Shown here: piece after piece, positions 24,701-42,700 of the stretch
Numbering within the stretch: the stretch's first letter is position 1
Layout: every line of letters begins with the position of its first letter
Assembly (NCBI GenBank): GCA_964016885.1
Contig: OZ024744.1
Location: forward strand, 108,748,001 to 108,812,000
DNA length: 64,000 bases
Direction of reading: 5' to 3'
Source: Eledone cirrhosa
Lineage: Eukaryota
Position numbers and translations under genes: made by a program
Notes under the pieces: generated by a model
What the model was told of the DNA's origin: nothing
Databases searched by the model: none
What the model saw: only the letters and a program-made list of their open reading frames with translations

Positions 24701-27700
24701 CAAGCTATACAACAGTACAGGCTATACAACAATACAGGTTATACAACAGTACAGGCTATACAACAGTAGAGCTATACAACAGTACAAGCTATACAACAGT
24801 ACAAGCTATACAACAGTACAGGCTATACAACAGTACATGCTATATAACAGTACAGGCTATACAACAGTACAAGCTATATAACAGTACAGGCTATACAACA
24901 GTACACTCTATACAACAGTACAGGCTATACAACAGTACAGGCTATACAACAGTACAGGCTATACAACAGTACAGGCTATACAACAGTACAGGCTATACAA
25001 CAGTACAAGCTATACAACAGTACAAGCTATACAACAGTACATGCTATACAACAATACAGGCTATACAACAGTACAGGCTATACAACAGTACAGACTATAC
25101 AACAGTACAAGCTATACAACAGTACAAGCTATACAACAGTACAGGCTATACAACAGTACAAGCTATACAACAGTACAGGCTATACAACAATACAGGCTAT
25201 ACAACAGTACAGGCTATACAACAGTAGAGCTATACAACAGTACAGGCTATACAACAGTAGAGCTATACAACAGTACAGGCTATACAACAGTACAGGCTAT
25301 ACAACAGTAGAGCTATACAACAGTACCAGCTATACAACAGTACAGGCTATACAACAGTACAAGCTATACAACAGTACAGCTATACAACAGTACAGCTATA
25401 CAACAGTACAGGCTATACAACAGTACAAGCTATACAACAGTACGAGCTATACAACAGTACAGGCTATACAACAGTACAGGCTATACAACAGTACAGGCTA
25501 TACGACAGTACAAGCTATACAACAGTACAGTCTATACCACAGTACAAGCTATACAACACTACAGGCTATACAACAGTACAAGCTATACAACAGTACAAGC
25601 TATACAACAGTACAGGCTATACAACGGTACAAGCTATACAACAGTACATGGTATACAACAGTACAGGCTATACAACAGTACAAGCTATACAACAGTACAG
25701 GCTATACAACAGTACAAGCTATACAACAGTACAGGCTATACAACAGTACAGGCTATACAACAGTACAAGCTATACAACAGTACAAGCTATACAACAGTAC
25801 AGGCTATACAACAGTACAGGCTATACAGCAGTACAAGCTATACAACAGTACAAGCTATACAACAGTACAAGCTATACAACAGTACAGGCTATACAACAGT
25901 ACAAACTATACAACAGTACAAGCTATACAACAGTACAGGCTATACAACAGTACAGGCTATACAACAGTACAGGCTATACAACAGTACAGGCTATACAACA
26001 GTACAGGCTATACAACAGTACAGGCTATACAACAGTACAAGCTATACAACAGTACAAGTTATACAACAGTACAGGCTATACAACAGTACAAGCTATACAA
26101 CAGGACAGGCTATACAACAGTACAAGCTACACAACAGTACAGGCTATACAACAGTACAGGCTATACAACAGTACAGGCTATACAACAGTACAGGCTATAC
26201 AAAAGTACAGGCTATACAACAGTACAAGCTATACAACAGTACAAGCTATACAACAGTACAGGCTATACAACAGTACAGGCTATACAACAGTACAAGCTAT
26301 ACAACAGTACAGGCTGTACAACAGTACAGGCTATACAACAGTACAGGCTATACAACAGTACCGGCTATACAACAGTACAAGCTATACAACAGTACAAGTT
26401 ATACAACAGTACAGGCTATACAACAGTACAAGCTATACAACAGGACAGGCTATATAACAGTACAAGCTATACAGCAGTACAGGCTATACAACAGTACAGG
26501 CTATACAACAGTACAGGCTATACAACAGTACAGGCTATACAACAGTACAGGCTATAGAACAGTACAGGCTATACAACAGTACAGGCTATACAACAGTACA
26601 GGCTATACAACAGTAGAGCTATACAACAGTACAGGCTATACAACAGTACAGGCTATACAACAGTACAGGCTATACAACAGTACAGGCTATACAACAGTAC
26701 AGGCTATACAACAGTACAGGCTATACAACAGTAGAGTCTATACAACAGTACAGGCTATACAACAGTAGAGCTATACAACAGTACAGCCTATACAACAGTA
26801 CAGTCTATACAAGAGTACAGGCTATACAACAGTAGAGCTATACAACAGTACAGGCTATACAACAGTACAGGCTATACAACAGTACAGCTATACAACAGTA
26901 CAGGCTATACAACAGTACAGGCTATACAACAGTACAGGCTATACAACAGTACAGGCTATACAACAGTAGAGCTATACAACAGTACAGGCTATACAACAGT
27001 ACAGGCTATACAACAGTACAAGCTATACAACAGTACAGGCTATACAACAGTACAGGCTATACAACAATACAGGCTATACAACAGTACAGGCTATACAACA
27101 GTACAAGCTATACAACAATACAGGCTATACAACAGTACAGGCTATACAACAGTACAAGGTATACAACAGTACAGGCTATACAACAGTACAAGCTATACAA
27201 CAGTACAGGCTATACAACAGTACAGGCTATACAACAGTACAGGCTATACAACAGTACAAGCTATACAACAGTACAAGCTATACAACAGTACAGGCTATAC
27301 AACAGTAGAGCTATACAACAGTACAAGCTATACAACAGTACAGGCTATACAACAGTACAGGCTATACAACAGTACAAGCTATACAACAGTACAAGCTATA
27401 CAACAGTACAGGCTATACAACAGTACAGGCTGTACAACAGTACAAGCTATACAACAGTACAAGCTATACAACAGTACAGGCTATACAACAGTACAGACTA
27501 TACAACAATACAGGCTATACAACAGTACAGGCTATACAACAGTACAGGCTATACAACAGTACAAGCTATACAACAGTACAGGCTATACAACAGTACAGGC
27601 TATACAACAGTACAGGCTATACAACAATACAGGCTATACAACAGTACAGGCTATACAACAGTACAAGGTATACAACAGTACAGGCTATACAACAGTACAA

Positions 27701-30700
27701 GCTATACAACAGTAGAGGCTATACAACAATACAGGCTATACAACAGTACAGGCTATACAACAGTAGAGCTATACAACAGTACAGGCTATACAACAGTACA
27801 GGCTATACAACAGTAGAGCTATACAACAGTACAGGCTATACAACAGTACAGGCTATACAACAGTAGAGCTATACAACAGTACCAGCTATACAACAGTACA
27901 AGCTATACAACAGTACAGGCTATACAACAGTACAGGCTATACAACAGTACAAGCTATACAACAGTACAGCTATACAACAGTACAGCTATACAACAGTACA
28001 GGCTATACAACAGTACAGTCTATACAACAATACAGGCTATACAACAGTACAGGCTATACAACAGTACAGGCTATACAACAGTACAAGCTATACAACAGTA
28101 CAGGCTATACAACAGTACAGGCTATACAACAGTACAGGCTATACAACAATACAGGCTATACAACAGTACAGGCTATACAACAGTACAAGGTATACAACAG
28201 TACAGGCTATACAACATTATAAGCTATACAACAGTACAGGCTATACAACAGTACAGGCTATACAACAGTACAGGCTATACAACAGTACAGGCTATACAAC
28301 AGTACAGGCTATACAACAATACAGGCTATACAACAGTATAGGCTATACAACAGTACAAGCTATACAACAGTACAGGCTATACAACAATACAGGCTATACA
28401 ACAGTACAGGCTATACAACAGTACAGGCTATACAACAGTACAGGCTATACAACAGTACAGGCTATACAACAGTACAGGCTATACAACAGTACAAGCTATA
28501 CAACAGTACAAGCTATACAACAGTACAGGCTATACAACAGTACAGGCTATACAACAGTACAGGCTATACAACAGTAGAGCTATACAACAGTACAAGCTAT
28601 ACAACAGTACAGGCTATACAACAGTACAGGCTATACAACAGTACAGGCTATACAACAATACAGGCTATACAACAGTACAGGCTATACAACAGTACAGGCT
28701 ATACAACAGTACAGGCTATACAACAGTACAAGCTATACAACAGTACGGGCTATACAACAGTAGAGCTATACAACAGTACAAGCTATACAACAGTACAGGC
28801 TATACAACAGTACAAGCTATACAACAGTACAGGCTATACAACAGTACAGACTATACAACAATACAGGCTATACAACAGTACAGGCTATACAACAGTACAG
28901 GCTATACAACAGTACAGGCTATATAACAGTACAGGCTATACAACAGTACAGGCTATACAACAGTACAGGCTATACAACAGTACAGGCTATACAACAGTAC
29001 AGGCTATACAACTCTACAGGCTATACAACAGTACAAGCTATACAACAGTACAGGCTATACAACAGTACAGGCTATACAACAGTACAAGCTATACAACAGT
29101 ACAAGCTATACAACAGTACAGGCTATACAACAGTACAGGCTATACAACAGTACAGGCTATACAACAGTACAAGGTATACAACAGTACAGGCTATAAACAG
29201 TACAAGCTATACAACAGTACAGGCTATACAACAGTACAGGCTATACAACAGTACAGGCTATACAACAGTACAAGCTTTACAACAGTACAAGCTATACAAC
29301 AGTACAAGCTATACAACAGTACAGGCTATACAACAGTAGAGCTATACAACAGTACAAGCTATACAACAGTACAGGCTATACAACAGTACAGGCTATACAA
29401 CAGTACAAGCTATACAACAGTACAAGCTATACAACAGTACAGGCTATACAACAGTACAGGCTATACAACAGTACAAGCTATACAACAGTACAAGCTATAC
29501 AACAGTACAGGCTATACAACAGTACAGGCTATACAACAGTACAGGCTATACAACAGTACAAGCTATACAACAGTACAAGCTATACAACAGTACAGGCTAT
29601 ACAACAGTACAGGCTATACAACAGTACAGGCTATACAACAGTACAAGGTATACAACAGTACAGGCTATACAACAGTACAAGCTATACAACAGTACAGGCT
29701 ATACAACAGTACAGGCTATACAACAGTACAGGCTATACAACAGTACAAGCTATACAACAGTACAAGCTATACAACAGTACAGGCTATACAACAGTAGAGC
29801 TATACAACAGTACAAGCTATACAACAGTACAGGCTATACAACAGTACAGGCTATACAACAGTACAAGCTATACAACAGTACAAGCTATACAACAGTACAG
29901 GCTATACAACAGTACAGGCTATACAACAGTACAAGCTATACAACAGTAGAAGCTATACAACAGTACAGGCTATACAACAGTACAGACTATACAACAATAC
30001 AGGCTATACAACAGTACAGGCTATACAACAGTACAGGCTATACAACAGTACAGGCTATACAACAGTACAAGCTATACAACAGTACAGGCTATACAACAGT
30101 ACAAACTATACAACAGTACAAGCTATACAACAGTACAGGCTATACAACAGTACAGGCTATACAACAGTACAGGCTATACAACAGTACAAGGTATACAACA
30201 GTACAGGCTATAAACAGTACAAGCTATACAACAGTACAGGCTATACAACAGTACAGGCTATACAACAGTACAGGCTATACAACAGTACAAGCTTTACAAC
30301 AGTACAAGCTATACAACAGTACAAGCTATACAACAGTACAGGCTATACAACAGTAGAGCTATACAACAGTACAAGCTATACAACAGTACAGGCTATACAA
30401 CAGTACAGGCTATACAACAGTACAAGCTATACAACAGTACAAGCTATACAACAGTACAGGCTATACAACAGTACAGGCTATACAACAGTACAAGCTATAC
30501 AACAGTACAAGCTATACAACAGTACAGGCTATACAACAGTACAGGCTATACAACAGTACAGGCTATACAACAGTACAAGCTATACAACAGTACAAGCTAT
30601 ACAACAGTACAGGCTATACAACAGTACAGGCTATACAACAGTACAGGCTATACAACAGTACAAGGTATACAACAGTACAGGCTATACAACAGTACAAGCT

Positions 30701-33700
30701 ATACAACAGTACAGGCTATACAACAGTACAGGCTATACAACAGTACAGGCTATACAACAGTACAAGCTATACAACAGTACAAGCTATACAACAGTACAGG
30801 CTATACAACAGTAGAGCTATACAACAGTACAAGCTATACAACAGTACAGGCTATACAACAGTACAGGCTATACAACAGTACAAGCTATACAACAGTACAA
30901 GCTATACAACAGTACAGGCTATACAACAGTACAGGCTATACAACAGTACAAGCTATACAACAGTAGAAGCTATACAACAGTACAGGCTATACAACAGTAC
31001 AGACTATACAACAATACAGGCTATACAACAGTACAGGCTATACAACAGTACAGGCTATACAACAGTACAGGCTATACAACAGTACAAGCTATACAACAGT
31101 ACAGGCTATACAACAGTACAGGCTATACAACAATACAGGCTATACAACAGTACAGGCTATACAACAGTACAGGCTATACAACAGTACAGGCTATACAACA
31201 GTACAGGCTATACAACAGTACAGGCTATACAACAGTACAAGCTATACAACAGTACAAGCTATACAACAGTACAGGCTATACAACAGTACAGGCTATACAA
31301 CAGTACAGGCTATACAACAGTACAAGGTATACAACAGTACAGGCTATACAACAGTACAAGCTATACAACAGTACAGGCTATACAACAGTACAGGCTATAC
31401 AACAGTACCGGCTATACAACAGTACAAGCTATACAACAGTACAAGCTATACAACAGTACAGGCTATACAACAGTAGAGCTATACAACAGTACAAGCTATA
31501 CAACAGTACAGGCTATACAACAGTACAGGCTATACAACAGTACAAGCTATACAACAGTACAGGCTATACAACAGTACAGGCTATACAACAGTACAAGCTA
31601 TACAACAGTACAAGCTATACAACAGTACAGGCTATACAACAGTACAGGCTATACAGCAGTACAAGCTATACAACAGTACAAGCTATACAACAGTACAGGC
31701 TATACAACAGTACAAACTATACAACAGTACAAGCTATACAACAGTACAGGCTATACAACAGTACAGGCTATACAACAGTACAGGCTATACAACAGTACAG
31801 GCTATACAACAGTACAGGCTATACAACAGTACAGGCTATACAACAGTACAAGCTATACAACAGTACAAGTTATACAACAGTACAGGCTATACAACAGTAC
31901 AAGCTATACAACAGGACAGGCTATACAACAGTACAAGCTACACAACAGTACAGGCTATACAACAGTACAGGCTATACAACAGTACAGGCTATACAACAGT
32001 ACAGGCTATACAACAGTACAGGCTATACAACAGTACAAGCTATACAACAGTACAAGCTATACAACAGTACAGGCTATACAACAGTACAGGCTATACAACA
32101 GTACAAGCTATACAACAGTACAGGCTGTACAACAGTACAGGCTATACAACAGTACAGGCTATACAACAGTACCGGCTATACAACAGTACAAGCTATACAA
32201 CAGTACAAGTTATACAACAGTACAGGCTATACAACAGTACAAGCTATACAACAGGACAGGCTATATAACAGTACAAGCTATACAACAGTACAGGCTATAC
32301 AACAGTACAGGCTATACAACAGTACAGGCTATACAACAGTACAGGCTATACAACAGTACAGGCTCTAGAACAGTACAGGCTCTAGAACAGTACAGGCTAT
32401 ACGACAGTACAGGCTATACAACAGTACAGGCTATACAACAGTAGAGCTATACAACAGTACAGGCTATACAACAGTACAGGCTATACAACAGTACAGGCTA
32501 TACAACAGTACAGGCTATACAACAGTACAGGCTATACAACAGTACAGGCTATACAACAGTAGAGTCTATACAACAGTACAGGCTATACAACAGTAGAGCT
32601 ATACAACAGTACAGCCTATACAACAGTACAGTCTATACAACAGTACAGGCTATACAACAGTAGAGCTATACAACAGTACAGGCTATACAACAGTACAGGC
32701 TATACAACAGTACAGCTATACAACAGTACAGGCTATACAACAGTACAGGCTATACAACAGTACAGGCTATACAACAGTACAGGCTATACAACAGTAGAGC
32801 TATACAACAGTACAGTCTATACAACAGTACAGGCTATACAACAGTACAAGCTATACAACAGTACAGGCTATACAACAGTACAGGCTATACAACAATACAG
32901 GCTATACAACAGTACAGGCTATACAACAGTACAAGCTATACAACAATACAGGCTATACAACAGTACAGGCTATACAACAGTACAGGCTATACAACAGTAC
33001 AAGCTATACAACAGTACAGGCTATACAACAGTACAGGCTATACAACAGTACAAGCTATACAACAGTACAGGCTATACAACAGTACAGGCTATACAACAGT
33101 AGAGCTATACAACAGTACAAGCTATACAACAGTACAGGCTATACAACAGTAGAGCTATACAACAGTACAAGCTATACAACAGTACAGGCTATACAACAGT
33201 ACAGGCTATACAACATTACAGGCTATACAACAGTACAGGTTATACAACAGTACAGGCTATACAACAGTACAAGCTATACAACAGTACAAGTTATACAACA
33301 GTACAGGCTATACAACAGTAGAGCTATACAACAGTACCAGCTATACAACAGTACAGGCTATACAACAGTACAGGCTATACAACAGTACAGGCTATACAAC
33401 AGTACAGGCTATACAACAGTACAGGCTATATAACAGTACAGGCTATACAACAGTACAGGCTATACAACAGTACAGGCTATACAACAGTACAGGCTATACA
33501 ACAGTACAGGCTATACAACACTACAGGCTATACAACAGTACAAGCTATACAACAGTACAGGCTATACAACAGTACAGGCTATACAACAGTACAGGCTATA
33601 CAACAGTACAAGCTATACAACAGTACAAGCTATACAACAGTACAGGCTATACAACAGTACAGGCTATACAACAGTAGAGCTATACAACAGTACAAGATAT

Positions 33701-36700
33701 ACAACAATACAGGCTATACAACAGTACAAGCTATACAACAGTACAGGCTATACAACAGTACAGGCTATACAACAGTACAGGCTATACAACACGACAAGCT
33801 ATACAACAGTACAAGCTATACAACAGTACAGGCTATACAACAGTAGAGCTATACAACAGTACAAGCTATACAACAGTACAGGCTATACAACAGTACAGGC
33901 TATACAACAGTACAGGCTATACAACAGTACAGGCTATACAACAGTACAAGCTATACAACAGTACAAGCTATACAACAGTACAGGCTATACAACAGTACAG
34001 GCTATACAACAGTACAGGCTATACAACAGTACAGGCTATACAACAGTAGAGCTATACAACAGTACAAGCTATACAACAGTACAGGCTATACAACAGTACA
34101 AGCTATACAACAGTACAGGCTATACAACAGTACAGGCTATACAACAGTACAGGCTATACAACAGTAGAGCTATACAACAGTACAAGCTATACAACAGTAC
34201 AGGCTATACAACAGTACAGGCTATACAACAGTACAAGCTATACAACAGTACAAGCTCTACAACAGTACAGGCTATACAACAGTACAGGCTATACAACAGT
34301 ACAAGCTATACAACAGTACAAGCTATACAACAGTACAGGCTATACAACAGTACAGGCTATACAACAGTACAAGCTATACAACAGTACAGGCTATACAACA
34401 GTACAGGCTATACAACAGTACAGGCTATACAACAATACAGGCTATACAACAGTACAGGCTATACAACAGTACAAGGTATACAACAGTACAGGCTATACAA
34501 CAGTACAAGCTATACAACAGTACAGGCTATACAACAATACAGGCTATACAACAGTACAGGCTATACAACAGTACAGGCTATACAATAGTACAGGCTATAC
34601 AACAATACAGGCTATACAACAGTACAGGCTATACAACAGTACAAGCTATACAACAGTACAGGCTATACAACAATACAGGCTATACAACAGTACAGGCTAT
34701 ACAACAGTACAGGCTATACAACAGTACAGGCTATACAACAGTACAGGCTATACAACAGTACAGGCTATACAACAGTACAAGCTATACAACAGTACAAGCT
34801 ATACAACAGTACAGGCTATACAACTGTACAGGCTATACAACAGTACAGGCTATACAATAGTAGAGCTATACAACAGTACAAGCTATACAACAGTACAGGC
34901 TATACAACAGTACAGGCTATACAACAGTACAGGCTATACAACAATACAGACTATACAACAGTACAGGCTATACAACAGTACAGGCTATACAACAGTACAA
35001 GCTATACAACAGTACAGGCTATACAACAGTAGAGCTATACAACAGTACAAGCTATACAACAGTACAGGCTATACAACAGTACAAGCTATACAACAGTACA
35101 GGCTATACAACAGTACAGACTATACAACAATACAGGCTATACAACAGTACAGGCTATACAACAGTACAGGCTATACAACAGTACAGGCTATATAACAGTA
35201 CAGGCTATACAACAGTACAGGCTATACAACAGTGCAGGCTATACAACAGTACAGGCTATACAACAGTACAGGCTATACAACACTACAGGCTATACAACAG
35301 TACAAGCTATACAACAGTACAGGCTATACAACAGTACAGGCTATACAACAGTACAGGCTATACAACAGTACAAGCTATACAACAGTTCAAGCTATACAAC
35401 AGTACAGGCTATACAACAGTACAGGCTATACAACAGTACAGGCTATACAACAGTACAAGGTATACAACAGTACAGGCTATACAACAGTACAAGCTATACA
35501 ACAGTACAGGCTATACGACAGTACAGGCTATACAACAGTACAGGCTATACAACAGTACAAGCTATACAACAGTACAGGCTATACAACAGTAGAGCTATAC
35601 AACAGTACAAGCTATACAACAGTACAGGCTATACAACAGTACAGGCTATACAACAGTACAAGCTATACAACAGTACAAGCTATACAACAGTACAGGCTAT
35701 ACAACAGTACAGGCTATACAACAGTACAAGCTATACAACAGTACAAGCTATACAACAGTACAGGCTATACAACAGTACAGACTATACAACAATACAGGCT
35801 ATACAACAGTACAGGCTATACAACAGTAGAGCTATACAACAGTACAAGCTATACAACAGTACAGGCTATACAACAGTACAGGCTATACAACAGTACAGGC
35901 TATACAACAGTAGAGCTATACAACAGTACAAGCTATACAACAGTACAGGCTATACAACAGTACAGGCTATACAACAGTACAAGCTATACAACAGTACAAG
36001 CTCTACAACAGTACAGGCTATACAACAGTACAGGCTATACAACAGTACAAGCTATACAACAGTACAAGCTATACAACAGTACAGGCTATACAACAGTACA
36101 GGCTATACAACAGTAGAGCTATACAACAGTACAAGCTATACAACAGTACAGGCTATACAACAGTACAGGCTATACAACAGTACAAGCTATACAACAGTAC
36201 AAGCTATACAACAGTACAGGCTATACAACAGTACAGGCTATACAACAGTACAAGCTATACAACAGTACAAGCTATACAACAGTACAGGCTATACAACAGT
36301 ACAGACTATACAACAGTACAAGCTATACAACAGTACAGGCTATACAACAGTAGAGCTATACAACAGTACAAGCTATACAACAGTACAGGCTATACAACAG
36401 TACAGGCTATACAACATTACAGGCTATACAACAGTACAGGTTATACAACAGTACAGGCTATACAACAGTACAAGCTATACAACAGTACAAGTTATACAAC
36501 AGTACAGGCTATACAACAGTAGAGCTATACAACAGTACCAGCTATACAACAGTACAGGCTATACAACAGTACAGGCTATACAACAGTACAGGCTATACAA
36601 CAGTACAGGCTATACAACAGTACAGGCTATATAACAGTACAGGCTATACAACAGTACAGGCTATACAACAGTACAGGCTATACAACAGTACAGGCTATAC

Positions 36701-39700
36701 AACAGTACAGGCTATACAACACTACAGGCTATACAACAGTACAAGCTATACAACAGTACAGGCTATACAACAGTACAGGCTATACAACAGTACAGGCTAT
36801 ACAACAGTACAAGCTATACAACAGTACAAGCTATACAACAGTACAGGCTATACAACAGTACAGGCTATACAACAGTAGAGCTATACAACAGTACAAGATA
36901 TACAACAATACAGGCTATACAACAGTACAAGCTATACAACAGTACAGGCTATACAACAGTACAGGCTATACAACAGTACAGGCTATACAACACGACAAGC
37001 TATACAACAGTACAAGCTATACAACAGTACAGGCTATACAACAGTAGAGCTATACAACAGTACAAGCTATACAACAGTACAGGCTATACAACAGTACAGG
37101 CTATACAACAGTACAGGCTATACAACAGTACAGGCTATACAACAGTACAAGCTATACAACAGTACAAGCTATACAACAGTACAGGCTATACAACAGTACA
37201 GGCTATACAACAGTACAGGCTATACAACAGTACAGGCTATACAACAGTAGAGCTATACAACAGTACAAGCTATACAACAGTACAGGCTATACAACAGTAC
37301 AAGCTATACAACAGTACAGGCTATACAACAGTACAGGCTATACAACAGTACAGGCTATACAACAGTAGAGCTATACAACAGTACAAGCTATACAACAGTA
37401 CAGGCTATACAACAGTACAGGCTATACAACAGTACAAGCTATACAACAGTACAAGCTCTACAACAGTACAGGCTATACAACAGTACAGGCTATACAACAG
37501 TACAAGCTATACAACAGTACAAGCTATACAACAGTACAGGCTATACAACAGTACAGGCTATACAACAGTACAAGCTATACAACAGTACAGGCTATACAAC
37601 AGTACAGGCTATACAACAGTACAGGCTATACAACAATACAGGCTATACAACAGTACAGGCTATACAACAGTACAAGGTATACAACAGTACAGGCTATACA
37701 ACAGTACAAGCTATACAACAGTACAGGCTATACAACAATACAGGCTATACAACAGTACAGGCTATACAACAGTACAGGCTATACAATAGTACAGGCTATA
37801 CAACAATACAGGCTATACAACAGTACAGGCTATACAACAGTACAAGCTATACAACAGTACAGGCTATACAACAATACAGGCTATACAACAGTACAGGCTA
37901 TACAACAGTACAGGCTATACAACAGTACAGGCTATACAACAGTACAGGCTATACAACAGTACAGGCTATACAACAGTACAAGCTATACAACAGTACAAGC
38001 TATACAACAGTACAGGCTATACAACTGTACAGGCTATACAACAGTACAGGCTATACAATAGTAGAGCTATACAACAGTACAAGCTATACAACAGTACAGG
38101 CTATACAACAGTACAGGCTATACAACAGTACAGGCTATACAACAATACAGACTATACAACAGTACAGGCTATACAACAGTACAGGCTATACAACAGTACA
38201 AGCTATACAACAGTACAGGCTATACAACAGTAGAGCTATACAACAGTACAAGCTATACAACAGTACAGGCTATACAACAGTACAAGCTATACAACAGTAC
38301 AGGCTATACAACAGTACAGACTATACAACAATACAGGCTATACAACAGTACAGGCTATACAACAGTACAGGCTATACAACAGTACAGGCTATATAACAGT
38401 ACAGGCTATACAACAGTACAGGCTATACAACAGTGCAGGCTATACAACAGTACAGGCTATACAACAGTACAGGCTATACAACACTACAGGCTATACAACA
38501 GTACAAGCTATACAACAGTACAGGCTATACAACAGTACAGGCTATACAACAGTACAGGCTATACAACAGTACAAGCTATACAACAGTTCAAGCTATACAA
38601 CAGTACAGGCTATACAACAGTACAGGCTATACAACAGTACAGGCTATACAACAGTACAAGGTATACAACAGTACAGGCTATACAACAGTACAAGCTATAC
38701 AACAGTACAGGCTATACGACAGTACAGGCTATACAACAGTACAGGCTATACAACAGTACAAGCTATACAACAGTACAGGCTATACAACAGTAGAGCTATA
38801 CAACAGTACAAGCTATACAACAGTACAGGCTATACAACAGTACAGGCTATACAACAGTACAAGCTATACAACAGTACAAGCTATACAACAGTACAGGCTA
38901 TACAACAGTACAGGCTATACAACAGTACAAGCTATACAACAGTACAAGCTATACAACAGTACAGGCTATACAACAGTACAGACTATACAACAATACAGGC
39001 TATACAACAGTACAGGCTATACAACAGTACAGGCTATACAACAGTACAAGCTATACAACAGTACAGGCTATACAACAGTACAGGCTATACAACAGTACAG
39101 GCTATACAACAATACAGGCTATACAACAGTACAGGCTATACAACAGTACAAGGTATACAACAGTACAGGCTATACAACAGTACAAGCTATACAACAGTAG
39201 AGGCTATACAACAATACAGGCTATACAACAGTACAGGCTATACAACAGTAGAGCTATACAACAGTACAGGCTATACAACAGTACAGGCTATACAACAGTA
39301 GAGCTATACAACAGTACAGGCTATACAACAGTACAGGCTATACAACAGTAGAGCTATACAACAGTACCAGCTATACAACAGTACAAGCTATACAACAGTA
39401 CAGGCTATACAACAGTACAGGCTATACAACAGTACAAGCTATACAACAGTACAGCTATACAACAGTACAGCTATACAACAGTACAGGCTATACAACAGTA
39501 CAGTCTATACAACAATACAGGCTATACAACAGTACAGGCTATACAACAGTACAGGCTATACAACAGTACAAGCTATACAACAGTACAGGCTATACAACAG
39601 TACAGGCTATACAACAGTACAGGCTATACAACAATACAGGCTATACAACAGTACAGGCTATACAACAGTACAAGGTATACAACAGTACAGGCTATACAAC

Positions 39701-42700
39701 AGTATAAGCTATACAACAGTACAGGCTATACAACAGTACAGGCTATACAACAGTACAGGCTATACAACAGTACAGGCTATACAACAGTACAGGCTATACA
39801 ACAATACAGGCTATACAACAGTATAGGCTATACAACAGTACAAGCTATACAACAGTACAGGCTATACAACAATACAGGCTATACAACAGTACAGGCTATA
39901 CAACAGTACAGGCTATACAACAGTACAGGCTATACAACAGTACAGGCTATACAACAGTACAGGCTATACAACAGTACAAGCTATACAACAGTACAAGATA
40001 TACAACAGTACAGGCTATACAACAGTACAGGCTATACAACAGTACAGGCTATACAACAGTAGAGCTATACAACAGTACAAGCTATACAACAGTACAGGCT
40101 ATACAACAGTACAGGCTATACAACAGTACAGGCTATACAACAATACAGGCTATACAACAGTACAGGCTATACAACAGTACAGGCTATACAACAGTACAGG
40201 CTATACAACAGTACAAGCTATACAACAGTACGGGCTATACAACAGTAGAGCTATACAACAGTACAAGCTATACAACAGTACAGGCTATACAACAGTACAA
40301 GCTATACAACAGTACAGGCTATACAACAGTACAGACTATACAACAATACAGGCTATACAACAGTACAGGCTATACAACAGTACAGGCTATACAACAGTAC
40401 AGGCTATATAACAGTACAGGCTATACAACAGTACAGGCTATACAACAGTACAGGCTATACAACAGTACAGGCTATACAACAGTACAGGCTATACAACTCT
40501 ACAGGCTATACAACAGTACAAGCTATACAACAGTACAGGCTATACAACAGTACAGGCTATACAACAGTACAAGCTATACAACAGTACAAGCTATACAACA
40601 GTACAGGCTATACAACAGTACAGGCTATACAACAGTACAGGCTATACAACAGTACAAGGTATACAACAGTACAGGCTATAAACAGTACAAGCTATACAAC
40701 AGTACAGGCTATACAACAGTACAGGCTATACAACAGTACAGGCTATACAACAGTACAAGCTTTACAACAGTACAAGCTATACAACAGTACAAGCTATACA
40801 ACAGTACAGGCTATACAACAGTAGAGCTATACAACAGTACAAGCTATACAACAGTACAGGCTATACAACAGTACAGGCTATACAACAGTACAAGCTATAC
40901 AACAGTACAAGCTATACAACAGTACAGGCTATACAACAGTACAGGCTATACAACAGTACAAGCTATACAACAGTACAAGCTATACAACAGTACAGGCTAT
41001 ACAACAGTAGAGCTATACAACAGTACAAGCTATACAACAGTACAGGCTATACAACAGTACAGGCTATACAACAGTACAAGCTATACAACAGTACAAGCTA
41101 TACAACAGTACAGGCTATACAACAGTACAGGCTATACAACAGTACAAGCTATACAACAGTAGAAGCTATACAACAGTACAGGCTATACAACAGTACAGAC
41201 TATACAACAATACAGGCTATACAACAGTACAGGCTATACAACAGTACAGGCTATACAACAGTACAAGCTATACAACAGTACAGGCTATACAACAGTACAG
41301 GCTATACAACAATACAGGCTATACAACAGTACAGGCTATACAACAGTACAGGCTATACAACAGTACAGGCTATACAACAGTACAGGCTATACAACAGTAC
41401 AGGCTATACAACAGTACAAGCTATACAACAGTACAAGCTATACAACAGTACAGGCTATACAACTGTACAGGCTATACAACAGTACAGGCTATACAACAGT
41501 AGAGCTATACAACAGTACAAGCTATACAACAGTACAGGCTATACAACAGTACAGGCTATACAACAGTACAGGCTATACAACAATACAGGCTATACAACAG
41601 TACAGGCTATACAACAGTACAGGCTATACAACAGTACAGGCTATACAACAGTACAAGCTATACAACAGTACAGGCTATACAACAGTAGAGCTATACAACA
41701 GTACAAGCTATACAACAGTACAGGCTATACAACAGTACAAGCTATACAACAGTACAGGCTATACAACAGTACAGACTATACAACAATACAGGCTATACAA
41801 CAGTACAGGCTATACAACAGTACAGGCTATACAACAGTACAGGCTATATAACAGTACAGGCTATACAACAGTACAGGCTATACAACAGTGCAGGCTATAC
41901 AACAGTACAGGCTATACAACAGTACAGGCTATACAACACTACAGGCTATACAACAGTACAAGCTATACAACAGTACAGGCTATACAACAGTACAGGCTAT
42001 ACAACAGTACAGGCTATACAACAGTACAAGCTATACAACAGTTCAAGCTATACAACAGTACAGGCTATACAACAGTACAGGCTATACAACAGTACAGGCT
42101 ATACAACAGTACAAGGTATACAACAGTACAGGCTATACAACAGTACAAGCTATACAACAGTACAGGCTATACAACAGTACAGGCTATACAACAGTACAGG
42201 CTATACAACAGTACAAGCTATACAACAGTACAAGCTATACAACAGTACAGGCTATACAACAGTAGAGCTATACAACAGTACAAGCTATACAACAGTACAG
42301 GCTATACAACAGTACAGGCTATACAACAGTACAAGCTATACAACAGTACAAGCTATACAACAGTACAGGCTATACAACAGTACAGGCTATACAACAGTAC
42401 AAGCTATACAACAGTACAAGCTATACAACAGTACAGGCTATACAACAGTACAGACTATACAACAATACAGGCTATACAACAGTACAGGCTATACAACAGT
42501 ACAGGCTATACAACAGTACAAGCTATACAACAGTACAGGCTATACAACAGTACAGGCTATACAACAGTACAGGCTATACAACAATACAGGCTATACAACA
42601 GTACAGGCTATACAACAGTACAAGGTATACAACAGTACAGGCTATACAACAGTACAAGCTATACAACAGTAGAGGGTATACAACAATACAGGCTATACAA

